A stretch of 64,000 bases of DNA from Planctomycetota bacterium (GCA_020845475.1 JADLFN010000046.1:12997-76996); one strand, 5' to 3'; positions 54,847 through 63,179 are shown, counted from the stretch's first letter. Program-made: numbers and translations. Notes: generated from the sequence alone by a model not told the origin.

Positions 54847-56190
54847 CTACTGCAGTTTCAACTCGGTAACTTCTTGCTGCATGTTGTAGCCCTCGGACTC
54901 GTTCAACATGCGCAGCGTCAGGCCGTGGTGCATCCACATTGTATGCTTGTTGTCCTTGGAATCGCGCGATTGCTTCAAACATTGAAACGTGCCCGCTGAG
55001 GTAAAGATCCGTTCCTCGATTGGCTCATCGCCCGCGTGCGGCCTGAGCGTGGCCTTGTTCAGAGGCGTGGTGGATTCCTGCGCATACATCTGGCGCCCCG
55101 TCTGGTCGAGCGAGCTGTTGCGATAAGTGGACTGGTTTTCGGTCACGGCCGTCACTTCCATGCGCTGGTAGGAGGTGCTGTCGCCCATGCGCCGGCCGCC
55201 GAATCGATAGGTGTTGCGCAACGTGAACAAATTGCCCTTGGTGCGGTAGAACTTCATTTCATCGTGGCCGGTGTAGAACTCTTCCAGCACCATCTCACTG
55301 TTCGAGAGCGTCTTCTTCAGCAGCAGCCCGGGCCAATGCTTGCTGTAGAACTCGCTCTGGTTTGAGCCGCGCACTTCGATGCTCGACCATTTGATGCGCG
55401 CGACGTTGAGCGTGCCCTCGATGACGTCCTGGTCCTTGGCTTTTTCAGGCTTCTTCCACGGCGTGGATTTCTCGAAGTCGATCGTGATGGTGTCGCCCAA
55501 GTCGCCTTCCACGGGCTTCTTCTCTTTGTCGAGGTGGCTGACTTTCACCTTGGCACCCTCAATCGTGGATTCCACGACTTCGTGCACGAGGTAGCCGGTT
55601 TTCGGATTGGGCCCCTTGAGCTCTTCGTTCACGCGATAAACCCACTTGCGCCCGGCCATGCGGTAGAGCGTCCAGGCGTCGGGCACCCCCTCGTTGAATG
55701 AAAGCAAATCCAGCGTCTGAACGAAGTCAGCGCGCACAATGCGCTGGCGCACGATCAGCGCGGGAAACTTGGTGCTGCGCCAGGTTTGTTCGTGGCTGGC
55801 CGCGCTTGTGAACTCGGAGAGTGTGCACTCAAATGAAACGCCAGCCGCGGCTATGCGCGACTTGGGAGCATCCTTGGCGGGTGTGCTGGCGGCCTTGAGT
55901 TCATCGTTGAAGCGAAGGTCGCGCGCCTGGTCGCCGCCGGAGAGGAAGCCGTCTTTGTCGAGGAGCGAAGTCTTGACCGTGCACAGGTCTTCGTGAACGA
56001 GCGTGACTTCCTGCTTGCGGTATTCGGTTTGCGCGGGCTTGCCGCGATTCCAGGTGACCACGCGCGCAGTCCAGCTTCGGCCCACGAGCTTGTAGAGGTT
56101 GAGCACGTCAACGTCCGGCGCATCCTGTGCGGAGGGCGAAGCGACAAGGCAGAAGGGCAGTACAAGCAAAGCCGCGAGCAGGTAGCGCAT
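54847..56190 (-). CDS. secreted hypothetical protein (447 aa) with recurrent beta-modules
   Basis: ATG 56190 after ggaggtga. Signal peptide MRYLLAALLVLPFCLVASPSAQD. Modules AAGVSFECTLSEF...TWRSTKFPALIVRQ and FTSAGTFQCLKQS...MWMHHGLTLRMLNE...EVTELKL. Confidence 0.75.
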   Translation of the reverse strand: MRYLLAALLVLPFCLVASPSAQDAPDVDVLNLYKLVGRSWTARVVTWNRGKPAQTEYRKQEVTLVHEDLCTVKTSLLDKDGFLSGGDQARDLRFNDELKAASTPAKDAPKSRIAAAGVSFECTLSEFTSAASHEQTWRSTKFPALIVRQRIVRADFVQTLDLLSFNEGVPDAWTLYRMAGRKWVYRVNEELKGPNPKTGYLVHEVVESTIEGAKVKVSHLDKEKKPVEGDLGDTITIDFEKSTPWKKPEKAKDQDVIEGTLNVARIKWSSIEVRGSNQSEFYSKHWPGLLLKKTLSNSEMVLEEFYTGHDEMKFYRTKGNLFTLRNTYRFGGRRMGDSTSYQRMEVTAVTENQSTYRNSSLDQTGRQMYAQESTTPLNKATLRPHAGDEPIEERIFTSAGTFQCLKQSRDSKDNKHTMWMHHGLTLRMLNESEGYNMQQEVTELKLQ

Positions 56191-56302
56191 AGTCACCTCC
56201 AGAGAGAAACAGGCTAACGCAAAGGGCAGCGCGGCACAACGAAAGCAGGCCAAAAACGAAACCAGCCGCCCGAAGGCGGCTGGTTGGTGTTCTGCGATCA
56301 AA

Positions 56303-56866
56303 CTATTCGCACTTGAATTCAACAACTTCCATCGAGCTCTCGTAGCCTTCGCCCTTGCTCTGCGACTTCACGGGCATGCCCTTGTAGCTCCAAGACTTCG
56401 TGCCTGCAACTTCCGTAACGATGCACTCCAAGTCCTTACCGGCGACCGAGATCTTTTCCTTCTTGATCTCGACCTTCGGCGCACACTTCGGAGCCTCTCC
56501 GCCGGTCTTGGGCCACTCAGTGGTGGTCTCGGTCGGCGTCGTGTTCGCCATCGTCGTCTTCATGTCCTTTTCGAGCATCGTCATCTTCATCGTGTAGCCC
56601 TTGTCGTCCGACTTCGTGACTTCCATCTTCATGCCGGAGACAGTCTCGGTACCGCCGGCCTTTGACGTGTTCTTCGCAACGTAGTAGTTGCCAGCCTTCT
56701 TATAGAACGCCATCATGTCTTCAGCAGCCGGGGCGCAACCGCCGCCGCCACCCGCAACATTCGCCGCATTGGCGTCGCCGCCGTTGCCAGCAGGCTTGTT
56801 GCCACCGCACGCGACCGCGAAAATCGCGATCATCACCACAAACATCGCCAGAATGCTCTTGCGCAT
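56303..56866 (-). CDS. lipoprotein (187 aa) with one recurrent beta-module
   Basis: ATG 56866 after ggag. Lipobox IFAVACGG. C-terminus ISVAGKDLECIVTEVAGTKSWSYKGMPVKSQ...EVVEFKCE. Confidence 0.75.
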   Translation of the reverse strand: MRKSILAMFVVMIAIFAVACGGNKPAGNGGDANAANVAGGGGGCAPAAEDMMAFYKKAGNYYVAKNTSKAGGTETVSGMKMEVTKSDDKGYTMKMTMLEKDMKTTMANTTPTETTTEWPKTGGEAPKCAPKVEIKKEKISVAGKDLECIVTEVAGTKSWSYKGMPVKSQSKGEGYESSMEVVEFKCE

Positions 56867-57210
56867 CGTTTTGATCTCCAGGGTAAATAACCTTGAGCCA
56901 GAAATTTTGAACTGGTCGCCCGTCCGTCGGGCCAAGCCGACAAAAGCACAGCCTGTGCCAAGGCCTTTAGCCCGCTATTGTTAGTTTTGTAAACTGTTGC
57001 ACAGAAATGTGTTACGACATTTCCGTGTCTTTGGCATCCTCGCATTGCCAGCTAACGAAGCGTTGACACATGTAATGAAACGTGACACGCGGCCCCCGCC
57101 AAAAACCAACTTGCCGCCCCTCGCGTCAGCGGTCTCGCCGTTCTCCTTCTGGCGCGTGTGAATTCTGTTTCCATACTGAAAGGTACGAACACGATCCCGA
57201 ATCGCTCAAC

Positions 57211-57453
57211 ATGCCCATCTACGAATACAAACACGTGAAGGCCAAAGGCGAACTCTGCGACGACCTCTTCGAGGCCTTTCAGCGCGTGAGCGCCGAGCCT
57301 CTCACCAAGTGCCCCGTGTGCGGCAAGGCCGTAAAGAAGTTGCTTTCGCGCTTCGGCGGCGGCGTGGACAAGCTCGCACCTTCGCGCGTGCGCGAACTTG
57401 GCTTCTCGCGCTGGCACAAGCGCGACAAAGGCGTTTACGAGCGCGAGAAGTAA
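57211..57453 (+). CDS. FmdB-family putative zinc-ribbon regulatory protein (degenerate first knuckle)
   Basis: MPIYEYKHV... family N-terminus and CPVCGK second knuckle. The first CxxC is reduced to a single Cys (GELCDD). Confidence 0.7.
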   Translation: MPIYEYKHVKAKGELCDDLFEAFQRVSAEPLTKCPVCGKAVKKLLSRFGGGVDKLAPSRVRELGFSRWHKRDKGVYEREK

Positions 57454-57541
57454 AAGTCGTTACCCAGCCCCGTCTTCAATTGGGATTTGTCGATCCAACT
57501 TTGTAGATTGTACCTCCCTGCCTCGCCCCGAATGTTCTGAC

Positions 57542-58759
57542 ATGCGCAAAGTCCTGCTGCTCGTTCCGTTCCTTTTGCTCTCAGCCTGCGGCCCTGAAGA
57601 AGAAGGCGACGAACCGGGCGGGCCGGCCATCGAAGTTACGATTAACGCCCCCACCGCCGAACCTGCCGCGCCTACAAACGCCGCCATTGAACCCGCGCTG
57701 GCCTACGACTCTTCGCGCATTCACGTCGTTTACGCCCAGACTGATGGCGTGGGCAGCCACGATATCGTTTACAACTCCGCCATTGTCGGCGGCCCCTTTG
57801 GCGCACCGGCCACGATTCTCGCCAGCCCCGGGGCTGACAGTCGCAATCCACAATGCGCGCTCGATTCCACGGGCACACTGCACATCGTATGGGAAGAGGG
57901 CAACGCCCCCAGCCGCGACATTCATTACGCCACGCGCACATCCGGCGGCACGATCACGCCTGCCAACCTGACCAACACTGCGGGCTCTGACGAAAGCAGC
58001 CCGCGCATCCACATTGATCCCAGCAACCGCGTGCACGTGGTCTGGGAAAGCGGCGGTGCGGTGCTTTATCGCCGCAAGACCACCAGCTTTACCACCGCGA
58101 TTACGCTTCCGCACGTCACCGGCGGATCCACGGCGCAAAGCCCGGATGTATGCACGGATCTGGGCGAGCGCGTTTACATTACATGGTCTGAACAGGTCGC
58201 GGCTAACCGCAGCCTGCGCATCCTGCGCAGCGACGACAACGGCAGTAATTTCGGCGAAGTCAGTGTTAACGGCCTGGCCCAACGCGGCACGGTGGTCATG
58301 ACAGAGCCGCGCATTGAGGGCGGCCTCGATGGTGAAGTTTTCATGGCCTTCATCGGGCAGGACACCGGCGGCGACCGTGCCGTGTTTTCGTGCCGCACGG
58401 GAACCGGCGGCGCCAGTTTCAGCTCGCCCAAGCAGCTATACAACAGTACCACGGGCGGAATCCGCCAGCCCACGCTGGCCGTGTTCCGCCGCCCGGACGA
58501 TAACTTCACCGTCATGATTGCATTCTCGGACGGCACGCTAGTGGGCGGCAACGTGCTGATGTTTGCCAGCCGCGACAACAACTTCCACTTTCTGGGCGGC
58601 CCGCACAAGTTGAGCGAAACGTTCTGCCAGGCGAACACGTGCACGCTGCCCGCGATCGCACTCGACACCGATGATTGCGTAGCGGTGTGGATGGGCCAAC
58701 CGGCCGCCGGCGGTGTGGTGCGCACTTTCGCGCAAATCAACAAGTACACGCTGCCGTAG
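57542..58759 (+). CDS. lipoprotein with sialidase/BNR-like beta-propeller repeats
   Basis: Lipobox LLLSACG. Repeated blades IHVVYAQ.., LHIVWEE.., VHVVWES.., VYITWSE... One Asp-box, SDDNGSNF. Confidence 0.7.
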   Translation: MRKVLLLVPFLLLSACGPEEEGDEPGGPAIEVTINAPTAEPAAPTNAAIEPALAYDSSRIHVVYAQTDGVGSHDIVYNSAIVGGPFGAPATILASPGADSRNPQCALDSTGTLHIVWEEGNAPSRDIHYATRTSGGTITPANLTNTAGSDESSPRIHIDPSNRVHVVWESGGAVLYRRKTTSFTTAITLPHVTGGSTAQSPDVCTDLGERVYITWSEQVAANRSLRILRSDDNGSNFGEVSVNGLAQRGTVVMTEPRIEGGLDGEVFMAFIGQDTGGDRAVFSCRTGTGGASFSSPKQLYNSTTGGIRQPTLAVFRRPDDNFTVMIAFSDGTLVGGNVLMFASRDNNFHFLGGPHKLSETFCQANTCTLPAIALDTDDCVAVWMGQPAAGGVVRTFAQINKYTLP

Positions 58760-58978
58760 GGCATGAGAGATGGAGCGATTGTGCTGACGAGCCATCTCTC
58801 AATCTCTCCAGCGCTCCATCTCTCGTCACCGGCACACCCAAGACCTGCCGTAGATCGCAACACCTACACCCTTGCGCATGTCTAGCGACTTCCTATACTT
58901 TTGCGCTCATTCTTTAGGGCCTCAAGCTCGCGTTTTCCGCGGGCTTTCAAGATTGGCCCTGCCACGGAGCTTTACCGG

Positions 58979-60277
58979 ATGCCCACCGCCACGAGTGATG
59001 TTCTCGCCGAACTTGTTGAACGTAAGACGCCTGATGTCAAAGCCCTGATTGAGCTGCGCACGCAGCTCTTCCTTGATGCCGGGCTCAAGCGGCACGCGGA
59101 AGAAGCGCTGGGTTCCTGGACTGCTTCTCGCGAGCGCCAGGGTGTGCTGCTGTACCTCCTGGGTCAGGTGGAGCGCGCGTTGCAAGTGCTTGAAACCGAG
59201 GCCAGCCACGATTTCAGCAAGCACTTCCTGGGTCGCGCGCTGTATGAAGCCGGCTTTTATGCGCGCGCCGAGAAGTTGCTCACGCCTGAGTTCACCCAAT
59301 ACAAGACGCTCGAGGCGGGCCTGCCCTTGTTCCGCTGCCAGCTCGAGCAGGGCAAGCTGGAAGACGCCGAAAAGACGCTCAAGGCGCTCAAGAACGCTGA
59401 CAACTTCGACATCGTAGCCGCGCGCGGTGAGTTGCTGCTGCGTCAGGGGCGCCTTGCTGATGCGATTAAGGAAGTTGAGCACATCGCGGACGCCAATCCA
59501 ACGCACCGCGGCTTGAACTCGGTTCTTGGCAAGATTGCGCAGGTTGCCGGCGACGACGACACGGCGCGGCTGGCCTACGAACGCATTGTGCAGGTCAGCC
59601 CCGTGGCCGTGGACGTGCTGATCAACCTGGGCACGATTTACGAAGACGAAGGCAAATACGATTTGGCCGTGACGTGCTACGAAACGATTCTCAAGGAGTA
59701 TCCGCGCCACCCGCGCGCGCGCCTTTACCTGCGCGATGCGTTGTCCAGCCAGAACATGTTCTACGACGAGGATCGCGAGCGCAAGGAAGACAAGCGCATG
59801 CAGATCCTGCGTACGCCGGTGACGGATTTCGAACTGTCGGTGCGTTCGCGCAACTGCCTGGCCAAGATGAAGATCGAGACGCTCGGGGACTTGATCCTCA
59901 AGACCGAGAGCGAGCTGCTTTCGTACAAGAACTTCGGCGAGACCAGCCTCCAGGAAATCAAGAGTATCCTCGCGAGCAAGGGCCTGCGCCTGGGCATGCG
60001 CAAGGAAGATGCGCTTTCCTACATCCCGCCCGAAGATCAAAAGGGCGGCGCACCGGTTACCCCCGGCGGCGACGACGTGCTCGCGCGCAGCATCGACACG
60101 CTCGAGCTCTCCGTGCGCTCGCGCCGCTGCATGGAGCGCCTGGCGATCAAGACCATCGGCCAGATTTCGGCCAAAACCGAGGTCGAGCTTCTGGGCACGC
60201 CGAACTTCGGCCAGACTTCGCTCAACGAGGTCAAGCAGAAGCTGGCGGAGCTGGGCCTGTCACTTTCAGGCGCCTAG
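58979..60277 (+). CDS. TPR protein with two C-terminal RNA polymerase alpha-CTD-like (helix-hairpin-helix) domains
   Basis: TPR units in the N-terminal 270 aa. Then FELSVRSRNCLAKMKIETLGDLILKTESELLSYKNFGETSLQEIKSIL and LELSVRSRRCMERLAIKTIGQISAKTEVELLGTPNFGQTSLNEVKQKL, both matching the RpoA alpha-CTD signature. Confidence 0.8.
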   Translation: MPTATSDVLAELVERKTPDVKALIELRTQLFLDAGLKRHAEEALGSWTASRERQGVLLYLLGQVERALQVLETEASHDFSKHFLGRALYEAGFYARAEKLLTPEFTQYKTLEAGLPLFRCQLEQGKLEDAEKTLKALKNADNFDIVAARGELLLRQGRLADAIKEVEHIADANPTHRGLNSVLGKIAQVAGDDDTARLAYERIVQVSPVAVDVLINLGTIYEDEGKYDLAVTCYETILKEYPRHPRARLYLRDALSSQNMFYDEDRERKEDKRMQILRTPVTDFELSVRSRNCLAKMKIETLGDLILKTESELLSYKNFGETSLQEIKSILASKGLRLGMRKEDALSYIPPEDQKGGAPVTPGGDDVLARSIDTLELSVRSRRCMERLAIKTIGQISAKTEVELLGTPNFGQTSLNEVKQKLAELGLSLSGA

Positions 60278-60291
60278 GCTGTGATCAACCG

Positions 60292-60374
60292 GCGCAGGGA
60301 TGGACTGGATGTTCAGGATGGAAATCAATCCTGCTTATCCTGCTCATCCCTGCGCTTTTGTAGTTTTTGATTTT
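60292..60374 (+). terminator. intrinsic terminator after the TPR/alpha-CTD gene
   Basis: gcgcagggatg (60292-60302) pairs with catccctgcgc (60345-60355), with an inner caggat/atcctg helix. Followed by ttttgtagtttttgatttt. Confidence 0.7.
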
Positions 60375-60466
60375 GCTAAGGGTGTGTCAGTAAACCGCCG
60401 AATTAGTTCTATCCGGCCTTCGTCCGGTAAAACTTTTTCGTACCGTGCTGACATCGGGGATCGCCC

Positions 60467-61792
60467 TTGACCACCCTCGGAGCTGTAATGGAAGAAGCCC
60501 CAACCATGGCCGATCCTCAGGAAACCCGGGACGGGCGCGGCTTGGGCGTTGTCGATTTCGGCGTGTTGGCCGTGCGCAACGGCCTGTTGACCAACGAGCA
60601 GCTTGATCAGTGCCGCGTCAAACAGCAGGCCAGCGCCAATCTGGGCCACAACCTGACGCTGCAGCAGATTGTGCTCAACGAAAAGTTGATGTCGCCCGAC
60701 GACGTGCGCCGCGTCGAGAAAGCGCACGAGCAGCTCACGCGCGACCGCGAGAGCAAGAAGGACCTCAAGTTCAAGGGCTACGAGATCATCTCCACGCTGG
60801 GCGAAGGCGGCCTGGGCAGCGTGTTCAAGGCACGCCAGATTTCCATGAATCGCCTTGTTGCGCTCAAGGTGCTGCACAAGCAGTGGATTTCAGATGACGA
60901 GTTCCGCAAGCGCTTCGTGCTCGAGGCGCGCATTGTCGGCAAGCTCTCGCACCAGAACTTGATCCAGGTTTACGACGTCGGCAAAGAGGGCGACTACTAC
61001 TACTTCTCGATGGAGTACGTGGAAGGCCGCACCGTTGAAGAACTGATCCACGATTCTCCGCGCCGCCAGATGGAAGTGGGTCGCGCTGTTGAAATCATCA
61101 TCCAGGTTGTGCGCGCGATCCGTTATTACAAAGACTTCGACATCGTGCACCGCGACATCAAGCCCAGCAACGTCATGGTCACCAAGACCGGCGTCGTCAA
61201 ACTGGGCGACTTCGGCTTTGTGAAAAGCAAGCTCGACAAAGAGCTCGGCTTCGAAGGCATGGTGCTGGGCACGCCCGACTACATCGCGCCCGAGCAGGCC
61301 ATGGGCAAAGAGGGCGTGGATTATCGCGCCGACGTGTACTCGCTCGGCGCAACGTTCTATCACATGCTCACAGGCCGGCCGATGTACGACGGCACACCCT
61401 CAAGGGTCATGCTAGCCCACACGCGCGATGCCATGCCCGACCCGCGCACTTTCAGGCCCAGCCTCGGCGATGATGTGCTCGCGGTGCTTAAGCGATTGCT
61501 CGCCAAGAACCCTGACGACCGCTACGCCAACCTCGACAACCTCTTCGCCGACCTCGAAGCCCTGCTGGAACGCAACCGCCCCAAGCAGGTCGCCAAGATC
61601 GAAATCGGCAAAAGCAGCGTACTGCGCGCGCTCAAGATCGAGCAATCACGCCAAGGCGAAATGCAAGGCCGCGTAAAATCACTGGAAGAACGCGCACAAG
61701 CTGCGCTCGCCCAGCGCAACATGGCGCTGGCCGCAGCGGCGTTCATGGCCCTGGTGGCGTTGATTTGTTTCGTGTTGATCTTTGTGACGTGA
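60467..61792 (+). CDS. Ser/Thr protein kinase with an N-terminal GspE-N/MshEN-like motif and a C-terminal TM anchor
   Basis: GEGGLGSVFKA...ALKVL (ATP site), HRDIKPSNVMV, DFGF, APEQ. C-terminal hydrophobic helix AAAAFMALVALICFVLIFV. The start could also be an internal Met (MEEAP or MADPQ). Confidence 0.9.
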   Translation: MTTLGAVMEEAPTMADPQETRDGRGLGVVDFGVLAVRNGLLTNEQLDQCRVKQQASANLGHNLTLQQIVLNEKLMSPDDVRRVEKAHEQLTRDRESKKDLKFKGYEIISTLGEGGLGSVFKARQISMNRLVALKVLHKQWISDDEFRKRFVLEARIVGKLSHQNLIQVYDVGKEGDYYYFSMEYVEGRTVEELIHDSPRRQMEVGRAVEIIIQVVRAIRYYKDFDIVHRDIKPSNVMVTKTGVVKLGDFGFVKSKLDKELGFEGMVLGTPDYIAPEQAMGKEGVDYRADVYSLGATFYHMLTGRPMYDGTPSRVMLAHTRDAMPDPRTFRPSLGDDVLAVLKRLLAKNPDDRYANLDNLFADLEALLERNRPKQVAKIEIGKSSVLRALKIEQSRQGEMQGRVKSLEERAQAALAQRNMALAAAAFMALVALICFVLIFVT

Positions 61793-63179
61793 TCTTGTCC
61801 CAGTATTCCCAAAACCCCGGGAAGCTCTTGGTGACAACCTCGGGATGCTCGATCTTCAGCGGCGTTATTAATCCCGCGATGGCGAAACTCATGGCCATGC
61901 GGTGGTCCTCGTAAGTCTTGTTCAGGGGCGGGCGCCTTGTAGGGGCGACATATATGTCGCCCCTACCATCGATCTCCAGCCAGTCGGCGCCCGAACGGGT
62001 TGTCACGCCCAGTTTCGACAGCTCTTTGCAGAGTGCCGCGATGCGGTCGGTTTCCTTCACACGCAGCGTGGAAAGCCCCGTGAGCCGCGATGTGCCTTGC
62101 GCAAACGCGCACACCAAGGCCAGCGTCTGCGCGCAGTCGGGCATGGCGGACATGTCGGCTTCGATGGCACGCAAGGGGATTGTCCCCGCGTTTGGGGACT
62201 GTCCCCGTCTCGCGATTGAGCGCCGATGCGCATTCGTGATTTCTCGAACTGCGGGGACAGTCCCCTGCGGGGACAGTCCCCGAACACCCAACCCGTTCGG
62301 AAACTCTAGCACCTCGCAGCCCATGCGCTCTAACACATCCACGAAACGCACGTCGCCTTGAATATCTTGACGCGTCAAGCCATCGATCACGCACGTTGAG
62401 CCGCTGACCGCAGCCGCGCCCCAGAAGTAACTGGCCGCCGTGGCGTCGGGCGGGCATTCGTAGCGCTCGCAGCCGTAGGTTCCCGGCTTGACCACAAATC
62501 GCCGGTAGCCCTCGCGCTTGATGCACGAATCCGGCAGACCAAAAGCGCGCATCACGTTGAGCGTGATATCGACGTAGGGCTTGCTCACCAGTTCACCGCG
62601 AACTTCGATCGTGACGCCCATGCTCACCATGGGCGCCACGAGCAATAACGCCGAGAGAAACTGGCTCGAGACTTCGCCACTGAGCAAGCATGTGCCGCCG
62701 CGCAAACTTGCGCCCTCGATTTCGAGGGGCACGCAACCCGGCTTGCCTCTTTCGGTGATCTTGGCGCCCAGTTGCCGCAGCGCCGCAATCAAATCGCCCA
62801 TCGGCCGCTCGCGCATGCGCTTGTTGCCGTCGAGTATGAACCGCCCCGGCGTCACGCACAGAAGCGCGCAAGCGAAGCGAGTCGCCGTGCCAGCCGCGCC
62901 GGTGAAAATCGAAGCACGGCCTTCGCGGGCCGTGGCCTTGGGCCTGGCCGGCGGCTTGAGCTCCACATTCGCCCCGCGACCACGCACGCTCCAGCCCAGA
63001 TCCGCCAGCACATTGAGCATCAACGCTGTGTCATCGCCGGGCGAAAGATTCGAGAGAGAGCAAGGCCGGCCCGCCAAAGCCGCGCACACCAGCGCGCGAT
63101 TGGCAAAACTCTTCGACCCGGGCAGCGACAGCCGCACGTCAAAGGGTTGAGTGATGGGAGTGAGCGCGCGCGATTTCAT
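61743..63179 (-). CDS. aroA: 3-phosphoshikimate 1-carboxyvinyltransferase (EPSP synthase) carrying palindromic in-frame insertions
   Basis: LPGSKSFANRAL, ..MRERPMGDLI.., ..LRVKETDRIAAL.., ..YEDHRMAMSFA... The frame is intact across the repeat-derived segments at 62175-62276 and 61939-61966. Confidence 0.93.
   Translation of the reverse strand: MKSRALTPITQPFDVRLSLPGSKSFANRALVCAALAGRPCSLSNLSPGDDTALMLNVLADLGWSVRGRGANVELKPPARPKATAREGRASIFTGAAGTATRFACALLCVTPGRFILDGNKRMRERPMGDLIAALRQLGAKITERGKPGCVPLEIEGASLRGGTCLLSGEVSSQFLSALLLVAPMVSMGVTIEVRGELVSKPYVDITLNVMRAFGLPDSCIKREGYRRFVVKPGTYGCERYECPPDATAASYFWGAAAVSGSTCVIDGLTRQDIQGDVRFVDVLERMGCEVLEFPNGLGVRGLSPQGTVPAVREITNAHRRSIARRGQSPNAGTIPLRAIEADMSAMPDCAQTLALVCAFAQGTSRLTGLSTLRVKETDRIAALCKELSKLGVTTRSGADWLEIDGRGDIYVAPTRRPPLNKTYEDHRMAMSFAIAGLITPLKIEHPEVVTKSFPGFWEYWDKITSQRSTRNKSTPPGP
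61939..61966. repeat. perfect 28-nt palindrome GTAGGGGCGACATATATGTCGCCCCTAC inside aroA
   Basis: The first 14 nt are the exact reverse complement of the last 14 nt. Encodes part of GRGDIYVAPTRR in a loop that is longer than the corresponding E. coli AroA segment as I recall it. Confidence 0.9.
62175..62281. repeat. composite element of four GGGGA(C/T)(A/T)GTCCCC palindromes inside aroA
   Basis: ggggattgtcccc 62175-62187, ggggactgtcccc 62194-62206, ggggacagtcccc 62253-62265 and 62269-62281. Translated in frame as LSPQGTVPAVREITNAHRRSIARRGQSPNAGTIP. Confidence 0.9.

Noticed and set aside
61743-61792. 50-nt convergent overlap between the kinase 3' end and the aroA 3' end as a regulatory antisense feature
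   Set aside because: The last ~17 aa of the aroA ORF (..KITSQRSTRNKSTPPGP) lie beyond the usual end of AroA homology. The overlap may just reflect a late stop codon, and I have no evidence of function.
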